This document shows positions 31,758 to 42,169 of a stretch of DNA of 64,000 nt, one piece after another; position 1 is the stretch's first letter, and each line of letters opens with the position of its first letter. The stretch spans positions 14,680 to 78,679 of the forward strand of contig PBAL01000022.1 in the NCBI GenBank assembly GCA_002715965.1. The letters run 5' to 3'. The stretch comes from Verrucomicrobiales bacterium (GTDB lineage: Bacteria > Verrucomicrobiota > Verrucomicrobiia > Limisphaerales > JAYPXF01). The position numbers were made by a program, and so were the translations under genes. A model generated the notes under the pieces. That model saw only the letters and a list, made by a program, of their open reading frames with translations, made no database searches and was not told where the DNA came from.

Positions 31758-34700
31758 ATGCGCCTCGTGAGCGAGATCGAACTGACCGAAAAACTGCTTT
31801 CAGACGCCGGCGGCTGGCAGGCGATGAAAGAGGCCCGCGGCATGGTGAAGGCCAGCCGCGTGTTGAAGGCGACGTGGGAGGCTCCCAATCTCGTTGGCGA
31901 GGTGCAAGGGGGCAGTGGCTTGCTCAAGAGCGGGTTGATTATCGAGGGGCCGATCGACATTGAGAACATCTGCACCTGCCAGGAATCGCGTCGCTGGGGA
32001 AGGATCTGTGGGCATTCGATTGCGGTTGGATTGCACCTTCTAAATCCACCCGCAGAGGCCAAAGCAAATGAAGCTGTTGCTCCGTCAGCTCCCGGAACTG
32101 AGTTGAGCGACCTGTTGGATCTATCGGATGATCCGTCTGACAACCGGGCCGAGCTGTGCATTGTCATTCCCCCCAACGTGGAATCGTCGTTCGAGCGCGG
32201 ACAGCTGTCGGTGTGTTTTGAATTCGAATCAGACGGCAAACAACGTCCCTTGAATCTCGCTGGCAAGGGACGGTGGTTCTGGCATGAAGCGGATCGCGCG
32301 ATCCTCGAATGGGCCGTTCAAAAGGCGAATGGAGAACTCCCGGCAGTTCTCCCCGTCGGCTTGATGGACATGGTCGCCTTTCTCGAACTCATTGTCGGAC
32401 ATCCAAACGTGAGTTTGGGGCGCAAAGATGAGGTGGAGGTTCTGGACTCCGGATATCCGCTGAAGGTGTGCGCTTCCTTGGAGACAAACGGCGAAATTTG
32501 CCTGCGCGCCGAACTGCCTGATCCACAACCCCTCATCCTGCCGGGAGCGTCATTCTGGCTGTATGAGAACGCACGCTTTCAACGCCTGGAACTTCCGGCC
32601 GGTGGAGCCGCTTTGTTGCAGGGGCAAGTGCGCGTTCCGCGATCACAAGTGCCGGAATTCCTCATCAATCAATGGCCCCTCATGGAAACAAACGGCGAAG
32701 TGCAGGCGGACTTTGAAGCGGCCGACTTTGAAATCGTAACCGCCGACCCAGTTCCGGAACTGCATCTCGAAGGCGGGCTCGGCCGACTCAAAGCACGCGT
32801 TGAATTCCGCTACGGCGAAGACACATTCGACGCGGGGGAAAAAGTTAGCGAGCAGTGGCTCGCCGACGAAGAGAACCCGCGACGTTACCTGCGTCGCAAT
32901 CCTGCACACGAACGTGGCAGTCTCAATCGCATCACCCGACACGGCTTTGCCGGCCCGGACAAGGACGGCATCTGGGAATTGCGCGGTCAGGATGAAGTGC
33001 TTCGATTCTTTGCCACCGAATATCCACGGCTGGAAAAAGATTGGCTGGTGACTCTCCAAGAGCGACTCGACTGGGCACTCGACACCAAAGTGGAACGCAT
33101 CGAGCCGCGTTGCGAATTCACTCCCAGCGGCGAGCAGTGGCTTGATTTTTCCATGGAATATTCTTCCACCGGCGGAGAGCAGTTTTCGCAGGCGGACATC
33201 CAGCGGCTGGTACTGGGCGGCCAGAACCATACGAAGTTGCGCAACGGCAAGATCGCGATTCTTGACACGGGTGCGGTCGAAGAACTGCAGGAGGTTCTGG
33301 TCGATGCGAATCCCGACCAAACGGCGCGAGGTTATCAACTGCGGAAGGACCAGGCCGCGTTCGTGGCCGACACGCTGGAGCAACGAAACGGTTGGCGGGT
33401 TCAAGGAGATTGGCGGGGACGAAGAGCCGAAACCAACAAGCGCAAAGCGGACGGCGTGTGGCGCTTCGAGAGAATACTCCGCCCGTACCAGGCGGATGGC
33501 GTCCGTTGGCTTGGTGAATTGCGCGACAATGGATTTGGTGGAGTGCTTGCTGATGAAATGGGCCTCGGGAAAACGCTCCAAACGCTGGCTCATCTGGCCA
33601 TCCGGAAACAGACGGGCGACATCAAGGGTCCCTGCCTCGTGGTCTGTCCCACCACCCTGCTTTCCAACTGGGCTGCGGAGACACAACGATTTGTACCGGA
33701 GTTCAAGGTGATCGTTCTGCACGGCGCAGGACGTGAGAAAGAGTTCACCAAAGTGCCCGAGGCCGACCTGGTGATAACGAGCTACGGCTTGGTCCGCAAC
33801 GACGCCGATCTCTATCGCGAACTGGAGTTTGACACGGTCATTCTCGATGAAGCCCAACACATCAAGAACCGCAAGACGCAGAACGCCCAGGCGGTGAAGG
33901 CCGTCCGCGCTCAGCATCGATTCGTGCTCACTGGCACGCCGATGGAGAACTCGGTGCTCGATCTCTGGTCGATCTTCGATTTCACGATGCCCGGATATCT
34001 CGGCGCCGCGAATGAGTTCCGCGAACGCTATGAACTCCCACTGACCCGTGGAGGTGATGAAATCGTCCAGTCGCGCCTGGGCCGCCGGGTGCGTCCCTTC
34101 ATCCTGCGCCGGCTCAAGCGCGAGGTTGCCAAGGATTTACCAGACAAGATTGAGCAGGTCAGTTACTGCACGCTCACCGACGCCCAACGCTCGGTGTATC
34201 GGCAATTCATGGAGGCGGGCCGGCGCGAGGTCCTTGAAGCGGTGGACAAGAACGGCTTCGACAAGAGCAAGATGATAATCTTCAACGTGCTGCTGCGCCT
34301 GCGCCAGATTTGCTGCGATCTTCGTCTGCTGAAGCTCGACAACTCCGAAGCCGCAGCAGCTTCCGGAAAGGTTGATCTCTTCACCGAACTGCTCGAAGAG
34401 ATCGAAGACGGCGGACATCGCGTACTCGTCTTCAGCCAGTTCACCTCCATGCTGAGTCTGCTGCGAGAACGCCTGGACGAAGAAAACACCCCTTACTGTT
34501 ATCTCGATGGACAGACTCGCAATCGTGGCGCCGTCGTAAACCAGTTTCAGCAATCAGACATCCCCGTCTTCCTGATCAGCCTCAGAGCCGGTGGCGTGGG
34601 CTTGAACTTGACCGGTGCGGACACCGTGGTGCACTTCGATCCGTGGTGGAACCCCGCCATCGAAGACCAGGCAACGGATCGCGCGCATCGAATCGGTCAA

Positions 34701-34865
34701 CAGCAAGTCGTGACCAGCTACAAGCTCATTGCCCGCGATACCATCGAAGAAAAAATCCTCAGCCTGCAGCGCAAGAAACGCGAAGCAATCCAATCGGTTT
34801 TCGGAGATGAAGAGCAACTCACGTCGTCTTTGAATTGGGATGAAGTGCAGGAATTGTTGGAATGA
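31758..34865 (+). CDS. SWIM zinc finger / SNF2-family helicase
   Basis: CTC...ICGH SWIM motif, LADEMGLGKT, DEAQHIKN, LTGTPMEN, QATDRAHRIGQ. Confidence 0.95.
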   Translation: MRLVSEIELTEKLLSDAGGWQAMKEARGMVKASRVLKATWEAPNLVGEVQGGSGLLKSGLIIEGPIDIENICTCQESRRWGRICGHSIAVGLHLLNPPAEAKANEAVAPSAPGTELSDLLDLSDDPSDNRAELCIVIPPNVESSFERGQLSVCFEFESDGKQRPLNLAGKGRWFWHEADRAILEWAVQKANGELPAVLPVGLMDMVAFLELIVGHPNVSLGRKDEVEVLDSGYPLKVCASLETNGEICLRAELPDPQPLILPGASFWLYENARFQRLELPAGGAALLQGQVRVPRSQVPEFLINQWPLMETNGEVQADFEAADFEIVTADPVPELHLEGGLGRLKARVEFRYGEDTFDAGEKVSEQWLADEENPRRYLRRNPAHERGSLNRITRHGFAGPDKDGIWELRGQDEVLRFFATEYPRLEKDWLVTLQERLDWALDTKVERIEPRCEFTPSGEQWLDFSMEYSSTGGEQFSQADIQRLVLGGQNHTKLRNGKIAILDTGAVEELQEVLVDANPDQTARGYQLRKDQAAFVADTLEQRNGWRVQGDWRGRRAETNKRKADGVWRFERILRPYQADGVRWLGELRDNGFGGVLADEMGLGKTLQTLAHLAIRKQTGDIKGPCLVVCPTTLLSNWAAETQRFVPEFKVIVLHGAGREKEFTKVPEADLVITSYGLVRNDADLYRELEFDTVILDEAQHIKNRKTQNAQAVKAVRAQHRFVLTGTPMENSVLDLWSIFDFTMPGYLGAANEFRERYELPLTRGGDEIVQSRLGRRVRPFILRRLKREVAKDLPDKIEQVSYCTLTDAQRSVYRQFMEAGRREVLEAVDKNGFDKSKMIIFNVLLRLRQICCDLRLLKLDNSEAAAASGKVDLFTELLEEIEDGGHRVLVFSQFTSMLSLLRERLDEENTPYCYLDGQTRNRGAVVNQFQQSDIPVFLISLRAGGVGLNLTGADTVVHFDPWWNPAIEDQATDRAHRIGQQQVVTSYKLIARDTIEEKILSLQRKKREAIQSVFGDEEQLTSSLNWDEVQELLE

Positions 34866-35598
34866 GGCGCCCCGCCTGCGTTTTCCGATTCGGGAGAAAT
34901 TCTTTCAGCGGGCAGTGTTCACAATCCGGATTGCGGGTTTTGCAATAGTCCTTTCCAACGACCACGATCTGGGCGTGGTAGTCCTGCCAGTAGTCGAGCA
35001 ACTGGTCCTCCGGTTTGTGAGTGAGTGAGTTTTCACATAGGCGTTGAAGGGAGTCGTATTCCGAGGCGTTGTGGGCCTTGGCTTTGCCCTGATCACCCTC
35101 TCCCTTCCACCAATGGTGACGCTGGAAGATCCTCTTGGTGTAGGCGTCGATGACAAAGCTGTGATGATCGCCGGCATAGAGCAGCATGCTGTCTGCGGTT
35201 TCGGGCCCGATTCCCTTGATGTTGAGCAGGCGTTCGCGAATTGCGGGAGTTTGGCCGTTGAAAAGTTTCTTCAAACTGGAGTTGTGATCCTTCACGAGCA
35301 CCTGGACGAAACACTTGAGGCGGTCGGCCTTGATGTTGAAGTAGCCCGCCGGACGGATCAGTTCGGCAAGTTCAGCGTGAGGCAGTTCATGAATCCGGCG
35401 CACGGAAATGGCCTTGGCGCGTTTCAAATTCGCGATGGCTTTCTCGACATTGGTCCAGGCGGTGTTCTGGGTGAGGATGGCGCCGACGCAGATTTCGAAT
35501 GGCGTGTCACCTGGCCACCAATGTTGATGACCGTGGGCGGAATACATCAGATCGTAGGCGCGACGAAGGGCCCTGGTGGTTTTCGACGCGCGTTTCAT
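34819..35598 (-). CDS. Endonuclease III-like HhH-GPD DNA glycosylase
   Basis: GAILTQNTAWTNV, KGIGPETADS, Fe-S motif CKTRNPDCEHCPL. Confidence 0.92.
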   Translation of the reverse strand: MKRASKTTRALRRAYDLMYSAHGHQHWWPGDTPFEICVGAILTQNTAWTNVEKAIANLKRAKAISVRRIHELPHAELAELIRPAGYFNIKADRLKCFVQVLVKDHNSSLKKLFNGQTPAIRERLLNIKGIGPETADSMLLYAGDHHSFVIDAYTKRIFQRHHWWKGEGDQGKAKAHNASEYDSLQRLCENSLTHKPEDQLLDYWQDYHAQIVVVGKDYCKTRNPDCEHCPLKEFLPNRKTQAGRLIPTIPALHPNSKTT

Positions 35599-35999
35599 TG
35601 CGGCAGGACATCGAGGAAATCACCTGAGGGAATCAAGCTCGCCTCCGAGATGTCGTGTCGGAACACATACATCCAAGCGGATTGTGTGCTGCCGTCGCTG
35701 AGCGTCACGGTAGCAAGCGATCGAATGTATTCACCATCATCGGGACGGGTCGGGTCAAAACCTTCGAACGCGTCCACTCGCTTGATCGTCGTTTCGAAAC
35801 TCGGAAGCCGGTAAATCTCTCCTTTCACGACGTCCTGGGTGGATTCATCCATGATCAAGGCGGGATACCAGGTGAGGAGGAAGAGTCTTCCGCGGGTGGT
35901 TGCATCGGCAACAAACTCGGCGCCCTTCAGATAGCGTTCGTGGATGCCCTCCCGGGCGTTGCGCCTCAGTGTTCCATATACAAAAAGCAGGTCAGCCAT
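35595..35999 (-). CDS. Gamma-glutamylcyclotransferase family protein
   Basis: LFVYGTLR, YPAL, VKGEIY, DAFEG. Confidence 0.9.
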   Translation of the reverse strand: MADLLFVYGTLRRNAREGIHERYLKGAEFVADATTRGRLFLLTWYPALIMDESTQDVVKGEIYRLPSFETTIKRVDAFEGFDPTRPDDGEYIRSLATVTLSDGSTQSAWMYVFRHDISEASLIPSGDFLDVLPQ

Positions 36000-36005
36000 G
36001 TCCGG

Positions 36006-39000
36006 TCAAAGCGCGACATGCAATCGCTCGGAGATCGCGCGGAGGAAATCGAGCTGGTTTGCGGTTGCCTGCTCGCGCGTTCCAACGGACTGCGCAGCCG
36101 CCTTGACGAGGAGCGTCCGTCTCGATTGATCGAGCAGACTGAGTTTGCCAAAGGCCTCGTCGACTTCGCCAAAACTGCAATCGGCGAAGGGTATCCGTTC
36201 GATGTCCAGGCCGGGTTGCGTCGTGGTTGACTTGAAAGTTTCGAATCCGGATTGCGCGAGAGACTCGTGGGCCGCCAACCCGGTGACGAAGGAGGCGATC
36301 AGGCTGACTTCGCGGTCCAGCAAGGCCGCGCTGTAGTATTGCGTGATCGGCGGACGATCGTTGTCGGCGCGGCGGGCATCTTCGCGCTCGAGAATTTGGA
36401 GGAGCGCATACTCGAACAACGAGATGGAGGAGTCATGTTCAATCAGTTTTCGAAGTTTGTCCGAAATCGTTCCCGGTTCATTCGCGGCGCGCATGCCGGG
36501 AAGAGCCCGATCCAGGAGCGCCAATTTAAGTCGCTTGTCGAGGGCATCGATCTGCGGAGTCAACGCCATGACTCGTTTGCCGATGTCTTCGCTGTCGATG
36601 ATGGCTCCCATTTTGGGAATGTCTTCAGTGGTGAACCGGGTCTCGTCCACCACGAGCGCATAAAGCATGGCTTCGGCCTCGGCAGGCTCGGTAATACTTG
36701 CCACGAGTTCAGCGGGCAGGTCGGGTATCGGTGTTCCTTCCGCAAGATCAGCGGGAGCGTTCTCGCCAGCAGTCGCATCGGGACTTGCCGGGGCATCAGT
36801 CACCGCCGTGCTTGCTACAGCTGTGGCTGGAGATGAAACACTTGCGCGGATGGATTTGCCCTGCATCTGCTGCTGGTAGCTCTGTTTGGGAGGCGCGGGC
36901 TTTGCGGGCGCAACCACGGGAGGTGGCTGCCCGAGCTTGATGTCCGGCGCACTGAGAATTGCGGACTCGAAGGCGAGAAAGTTCTTCTCCTGAAAGCCGC
37001 AGGATCTTGCCAGGAATGTGTCGGGCACGGATTGGATGCGCGTGTTGTAGGTTTCGACCGCGTCGTTGTAACCCTCGCGCATGAGTGCGATTTCGTTCTC
37101 GAGTTCGATCAACACGCGGCTCATCTGGGTGACAAGTTCGGACGCCTTGAGGTCGGGGTAGTTTTCGCGGATGGCCAGGAAGCGCGTGGCGAAGGCGTGC
37201 TCCTGCTTCATGTAACTGGCCGCGCTTTCCGGATCGGTCACAGTTGTTTCCGACAGTGAGGATCGGAGTTTCGCAATTTCGGTTTGAACGTTCTCCTCGT
37301 GTTCCAGGTACGAACTCACGATCCTTTGGAGATTCGGCAGGAGGTCAAATCGCTTCTTCAATGAGACATCGATGTTGGACCAGTTTCGATCCACCAGCTG
37401 GCGCAGGAAGATCATGTCGTTGTAGTGCAGTATGACGGTGAGCAAAGCGAGGAAGATGGGTCCGACCAGGGTTGCAAAGAGATAATCCGTCGGCGCGAAC
37501 GAACCAAACATGCCGGCCAGAAAAAGAATACCCAGCACCACGGAGCTGAACGCGAAGTTCAGGCTGGTCATGCCGGCGAGCGCTTTCTTCATCATGATTT
37601 CGAATTCGGAGAAGTTGCTCACGATGAAGGGGAACTGTGATTCGCCCGGCTTGCCGAGGTAGAGCGTGGTCTCCGTCAATGGATCCACCGCAGCCTGTCC
37701 GATCGCATAAATCTCATCGCCCCGCCGGATGCTGGTTTCCGAGTAACTCCAGCGACCTTCACGCCGGCTCAGGGTGTGCTTGGCCATGAGGTCTGCGCCC
37801 ATTGGATCGATGCGGATCGTTCCGGTGTGATCTTCGCAAAGGAAGGTCTGGTTGAGAGTGATGTCCTCGCGCACAACCCACTTCGCGTTTTTGTCCGAAC
37901 CCACCTTTTCCTTCACGACGTAGCGATAATAGTAGCATGGCGAAAAACTCAGGGGGCCGCGCGCGGCCTCGGAACCTTCCATATCGACTGCCTTGCCTTT
38001 TACTTCCGCCAATCCATAAACCACGCCCGAAGCCTTTGAGGTAGGGAGGTTTTCGATGCAACGTTTGAACTTGATCTGCCGGACACCGAGCCAGGTTGTG
38101 CCAAAGCCGGCCAGCAACCCAAACCCGATCAATCCCCAGCCGAACATCTTCGATCTGCCGCGAAAGATCTCGGTTTCCACATACTCCTCTTCCAGCGCAC
38201 CGAGCATGGCGCGATCGGCTTCTGGCAACGGCAGCGCATCGGGTTTCTTCAGTCCCATAAGCGGGGCAAGAATGAACTCCGGAAACGCCTCGAATTGCCG
38301 GATTGTGCGTTCCTGGCTGCGCACGAGATCCACGCGCATTCGGGTAAGACGATGGCGCCCCGCGCTCGGAAGATTCGCAAAGGGCTTCGATTCGAAGGAA
38401 CTGAGTTGTTTCCAATTGCCTTCCCAAGCCCCCCCCGCCTGCTTTGCCTTGGCGGTGATGATCCCTTCGAGTGATTTCTTCTGACGAGCAATTCGGTCGC
38501 CTGCTCCGTTGAGATCTTCGTAGACGAGGCGAAGTCCATAGTATGCCAGCATCCCAAACTGCAGGATCGACAGGAGGATGAGGTAGAGCAGGAGCCGATG
38601 AATCCCCACCATCCTGCAGAGACACACGAGCGACATCGAAATAATCAGCAGCCCGCCCCATGAACCGAGGATGGAGAACATCGCCTTGTCTCCCCGCTCC
38701 GAAAGCGCACCGTAGGATGATATGATGGGCGTGTAATCACCGGGTGCGCTGAAATCGATCACCATCGAATTACCCTCGGTTTGGGCGAAGCCGACTATGG
38801 TGATGGTGTCGTCCGGATCGATCCGCCACTCGGTGTATCGACGATTTCCTTTCTTGGTGCGAAAGACCTTTGGCAGGCTGAAATCAACGAGCGGATTCGG
38901 TTGTAGCCGCACCTGTCCGGTTTCGTCAGTGAGACTGAAGTTGATAAATTCCGTCTCGTCGCGAACCGTTACCCAACTGGTTTTCCCCTCCGAATCGCGT

Positions 39001-39254
39001 TTCTCTTTTTCCTCCAGATAACGGTAGTAGAAGCAGGATTTCTGGGAATGCGGGGCGCTGAGGACATTGCCACCGAACGCAGAGGCTTTTCCGACCACAT
39101 TGACCTCGCCCGGCAGAATTGCGTGCACCTGCGTTTGCGGAATGCGCGACATCTGCCGCATCTCCCGGAGCCAGCCGAAGCTGAGACTTTCCAGCCACAA
39201 TCCAAGCGCCAGAAAGATCGCGAAAAACAAACCTGCAAAGACCCTGCCCAACAC
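36006..39254 (-). CDS. Large membrane protein: two GIDE-like domains, a degenerate and an intact LemA domain, and a helical C-terminal domain
   Basis: LemA motifs WSNIDVSLKKRFDLLPNL, ENYPDLKAS, YNDAVETYN; duplicated GIDE-like blocks. Confidence 0.85.
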   Translation of the reverse strand: MLGRVFAGLFFAIFLALGLWLESLSFGWLREMRQMSRIPQTQVHAILPGEVNVVGKASAFGGNVLSAPHSQKSCFYYRYLEEKEKRDSEGKTSWVTVRDETEFINFSLTDETGQVRLQPNPLVDFSLPKVFRTKKGNRRYTEWRIDPDDTITIVGFAQTEGNSMVIDFSAPGDYTPIISSYGALSERGDKAMFSILGSWGGLLIISMSLVCLCRMVGIHRLLLYLILLSILQFGMLAYYGLRLVYEDLNGAGDRIARQKKSLEGIITAKAKQAGGAWEGNWKQLSSFESKPFANLPSAGRHRLTRMRVDLVRSQERTIRQFEAFPEFILAPLMGLKKPDALPLPEADRAMLGALEEEYVETEIFRGRSKMFGWGLIGFGLLAGFGTTWLGVRQIKFKRCIENLPTSKASGVVYGLAEVKGKAVDMEGSEAARGPLSFSPCYYYRYVVKEKVGSDKNAKWVVREDITLNQTFLCEDHTGTIRIDPMGADLMAKHTLSRREGRWSYSETSIRRGDEIYAIGQAAVDPLTETTLYLGKPGESQFPFIVSNFSEFEIMMKKALAGMTSLNFAFSSVVLGILFLAGMFGSFAPTDYLFATLVGPIFLALLTVILHYNDMIFLRQLVDRNWSNIDVSLKKRFDLLPNLQRIVSSYLEHEENVQTEIAKLRSSLSETTVTDPESAASYMKQEHAFATRFLAIRENYPDLKASELVTQMSRVLIELENEIALMREGYNDAVETYNTRIQSVPDTFLARSCGFQEKNFLAFESAILSAPDIKLGQPPPVVAPAKPAPPKQSYQQQMQGKSIRASVSSPATAVASTAVTDAPASPDATAGENAPADLAEGTPIPDLPAELVASITEPAEAEAMLYALVVDETRFTTEDIPKMGAIIDSEDIGKRVMALTPQIDALDKRLKLALLDRALPGMRAANEPGTISDKLRKLIEHDSSISLFEYALLQILEREDARRADNDRPPITQYYSAALLDREVSLIASFVTGLAAHESLAQSGFETFKSTTTQPGLDIERIPFADCSFGEVDEAFGKLSLLDQSRRTLLVKAAAQSVGTREQATANQLDFLRAISERLHVAL

Positions 39255-39325
39255 GCGGCTAGCTTCGCGGGATGGCAGAAGAGATCAAGTATGGGATTGG
39301 AAAGAATTTGAAACGCGTCCGGCGC

Positions 39326-39377
39326 AGCTTTGGAAGCTTTCCGAACAATTCGAGCGACGAGCGCAGCGCTGTCAGCG
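39326..39377. repeat. 52-bp dispersed intergenic repeat, copy 2
   Basis: 46/52 identical to 622-673. Confidence 0.8.
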
Positions 39378-39526
39378 GGGGGGGGGCAACGTTGAATGGT
39401 CATGTGAATTGGGAGGCTCGATTAACTCGACCGCTCAAAGGCCATCGCCATCTGCAGCGGTTCTCTCGAACGCCCTGTGAATAACCGGGGGTTCATTCGC
39501 TCAGCGGGTGTCGCTAACCTTCCCGC

Positions 39527-40231
39527 ATGGATTATAACCCAATCATCGTTCCCCTGGACGTGCCGGACCGCGACGCAGCCATGGCCCTGGTGGAACGGCT
39601 CACCGCTTCTGTAGGCGCCTTCAAGATCGGCAAGGAACTGTTCGTCAATGCAGGTCCGGCGATCGTGCGGGAAGTTCGTGCCACCGGCGCTGATGTATTC
39701 CTCGACCTTAAGTTTCATGACATCCCAAATACAGTTGCTGGTGCCGTGCGGGCCGCCACGCGCCTCGATGTTCAGATGTTGACGATCCACTCCAGTGGCG
39801 GACGGGACATGATGTCCGCGGCTGAGAATGCAGCGCAGGAAGAATCCAGGAACTCCGAACAATCGCTTCCCTTGGTGCTCGGCGTAACCGTACTCACCAG
39901 CATGGACACCGGCGACATCAACGAGGTGGGAGTCGATGGAGATGTCACCGCGCAGGTGAAACGATTGGCAAAACTCGCATCGACTTCGGGCCTGCGGGGA
40001 CTCGTGTGTTCGCCGATGGAGATCGAACTATTGCGTGCAGAAATCTCACGCGAGGTCAAATTGGTGACGCCCGGAATTCGACCGGCGAGTTCGGACATCC
40101 AGGATCAAAAAAGAGTCATGACTCCGGCGCAAGCCGTTCAGGCCGGTGCGGATTGGCTGGTGATCGGCCGCCCGATTACGCTGGCGGACGATCCGGTGTC
40201 CGCGGCCAAGGCGATCGTCGATTCGCTCTGA
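39527..40231 (+). CDS. pyrF: Orotidine 5'-phosphate decarboxylase
   Basis: FLDLKFHDIPNTV, VTPGIRP, VIGRPIT. Confidence 0.97.
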   Translation: MDYNPIIVPLDVPDRDAAMALVERLTASVGAFKIGKELFVNAGPAIVREVRATGADVFLDLKFHDIPNTVAGAVRAATRLDVQMLTIHSSGGRDMMSAAENAAQEESRNSEQSLPLVLGVTVLTSMDTGDINEVGVDGDVTAQVKRLAKLASTSGLRGLVCSPMEIELLRAEISREVKLVTPGIRPASSDIQDQKRVMTPAQAVQAGADWLVIGRPITLADDPVSAAKAIVDSL

Positions 40232-40288
40232 CGGAGCTCACTGAACCAATTCTCGACACTGGCACCGGTTCGCCTGACGCTCCGGCAG

Positions 40289-41932
40289 ATGCCTTTTCGT
40301 CGAATCTCCAGTGGCTTAGCGATCCTACTCACGGCACCGATCGCCACAGGGGCGGGAAAGGAAGCAGTCATGCTGTCCGGCGAATGGGTTCCAACTGACG
40401 TCGACCAGATCGACTATCGCAGGCTCCCGCGAGTTCCGGGTAAAAACGTGATCATCAGCGACGTTCGTGATCGCGCAGGGACGTGGGTTCACCAACACGC
40501 CTACCTTGCTCATTTCGACGGCCGCTACTGGGCGATGTGGAGCGATGGACCGGGCCTTCCCAGACCCGGCGCAACTCCCAAGCAGCATCGAAACATCGTT
40601 CCCGGGCACGACCGGCCGGACACCCGCATCTCCTACGCGACCAGCAAAGATGGCCTTCACTGGAGCAAACCGATGGACCTGTCCGGGCCGCCTCGAATCA
40701 AGGGATTCGGTTGGATCGCACGGGGACTTTGGGTGCGAGACGGGGAATTACTCGCGCTCGGCAGTCACTTCAACGCGCCGGGTTATCCGGGCGAAGGTCT
40801 GAGCCTTGAGGCCTTCCGTTGGGATGGAAAGAAGTGGGTTGCGCATGGAACCGTTCTCGACGATTCGCTGAACAACTTTCCTCCGAAACAACTTCCGACC
40901 GGTGAGTGGATGATGACCCGTCGTGACCATCAAAGACAGGTCTCGGTGATGATCGGAGGCGTGGATGGGTTCAACGCATGGCGCATCAGCCCGCTGGCAA
41001 GTTATAACGGCAACGGCCGGCCGGAAGAGCCCTACTGGTACGTGCTTCCGGATGAAAAAAACATCGTCGGCTTGATCAGAGACAACGGCCGTTCGCAGCG
41101 GTTGCTGCGCACCTGTTCCCGGGACAACGGCCGCACCTGGTCGAAGATGGAACGAACCAACTTCCCGGACGCCACCAGCAAGTTCTTCGTGCACCGCACC
41201 TCGCGCGGCTACTACGTGATGGTGTCGAATTCGAACCCGAGGAAACGCGATCCGCTGACACTTGCGGTGAGCGCGGACGGATTGGTGTTCACGAAACTGT
41301 TCTGGCTCATCGGCGACCGGCACATCGACTATCCGCACATCATCGAGCATGACGAACGTCTGATGATTGCGTTCAGCGGCGCCAAACAGACGATGGAGGT
41401 CATGAGGGTCGCGCTCGACGATCTTGAGAAATTGGTCATGCCCGATTCCGTCACGCTCGAAAAGAAGCTCCCGCCCGTCAAACAACCGCGGCCATTGACG
41501 GCGCATTGGATCGATCTGGGCGATGAGGGAAAAACCCTGTTCGTGTCTGCGACGGCTGTTGTGCCTCCACGCGGGAAGGAGAGCGCACTCAATCTCTCAA
41601 CCGCATCAGGACAGAAACGTGTTTCGATCGGATTTGATTCCCGAGGGAGACTGACCGGGTATCTCCATCACGACTCAGCTACAGGTCCGGTTTATGAGGC
41701 CGGTGCTAGGGTTCGCTTGCTCGTCAAGATTGTGTCTCATGCACAGCGACCGGATGAGCTTTTCATTCGAATCGACAAGGCCGACTGGGCATTGATTAAT
41801 CGAGATGGCGACAGTGCAGCCAATCTCGCACAGGTCAATGTCAGGGGCATGGACACAAGCTTTACGAACATCCGGATCGCGCACAGCGAAAAGAAACTCA
41901 TCAATGTCAAACCGATTCACGCAGGGCGATAA
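40289..41932 (+). CDS. BNR/Asp-box (sialidase-like) secreted protein
   Basis: Asp-boxes SKDGLHW, SRDNGRTW, SADGLVF; DYPH near the end of the propeller. Confidence 0.8.
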   Translation: MPFRRISSGLAILLTAPIATGAGKEAVMLSGEWVPTDVDQIDYRRLPRVPGKNVIISDVRDRAGTWVHQHAYLAHFDGRYWAMWSDGPGLPRPGATPKQHRNIVPGHDRPDTRISYATSKDGLHWSKPMDLSGPPRIKGFGWIARGLWVRDGELLALGSHFNAPGYPGEGLSLEAFRWDGKKWVAHGTVLDDSLNNFPPKQLPTGEWMMTRRDHQRQVSVMIGGVDGFNAWRISPLASYNGNGRPEEPYWYVLPDEKNIVGLIRDNGRSQRLLRTCSRDNGRTWSKMERTNFPDATSKFFVHRTSRGYYVMVSNSNPRKRDPLTLAVSADGLVFTKLFWLIGDRHIDYPHIIEHDERLMIAFSGAKQTMEVMRVALDDLEKLVMPDSVTLEKKLPPVKQPRPLTAHWIDLGDEGKTLFVSATAVVPPRGKESALNLSTASGQKRVSIGFDSRGRLTGYLHHDSATGPVYEAGARVRLLVKIVSHAQRPDELFIRIDKADWALINRDGDSAANLAQVNVRGMDTSFTNIRIAHSEKKLINVKPIHAGR

Positions 41933-42008
41933 AAGCGGTGGCTACAGAGGACCACAGGATAAGAAACCGCGCGATTGACAGGATTCAGATCAAACGGTTT
42001 CCGATGTG

Positions 42009-42051
42009 TTCTCCCTCTCCCAGCGGGAGAGGGATTGAGGGTGAGGGAGAA
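42009..42051. repeat. REP-like palindromic element, copy 1
   Basis: ttctccctctccc-agc-gggagagggattgagggtgagggagaa; 36/39 match to the reverse complement of 49067-49105. Confidence 0.8.
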
Positions 42052-42169
42052 CTGGGAGCGTGATGTCAACCGCTCTGCGGCCGAATACGGCAAGTGATCA
42101 GTGATTGATTACAATTTCGTCGCCATCTTTCAATGGCTTCGCGTAGTGCAGGGATGAAACGATCGGCAA

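Noticed and set aside
31758-35598. SNF2 helicase plus glycosylase as a defence system
   Set aside because: The genes are convergent, both are common housekeeping families, and no nuclease or methylase partner is adjacent
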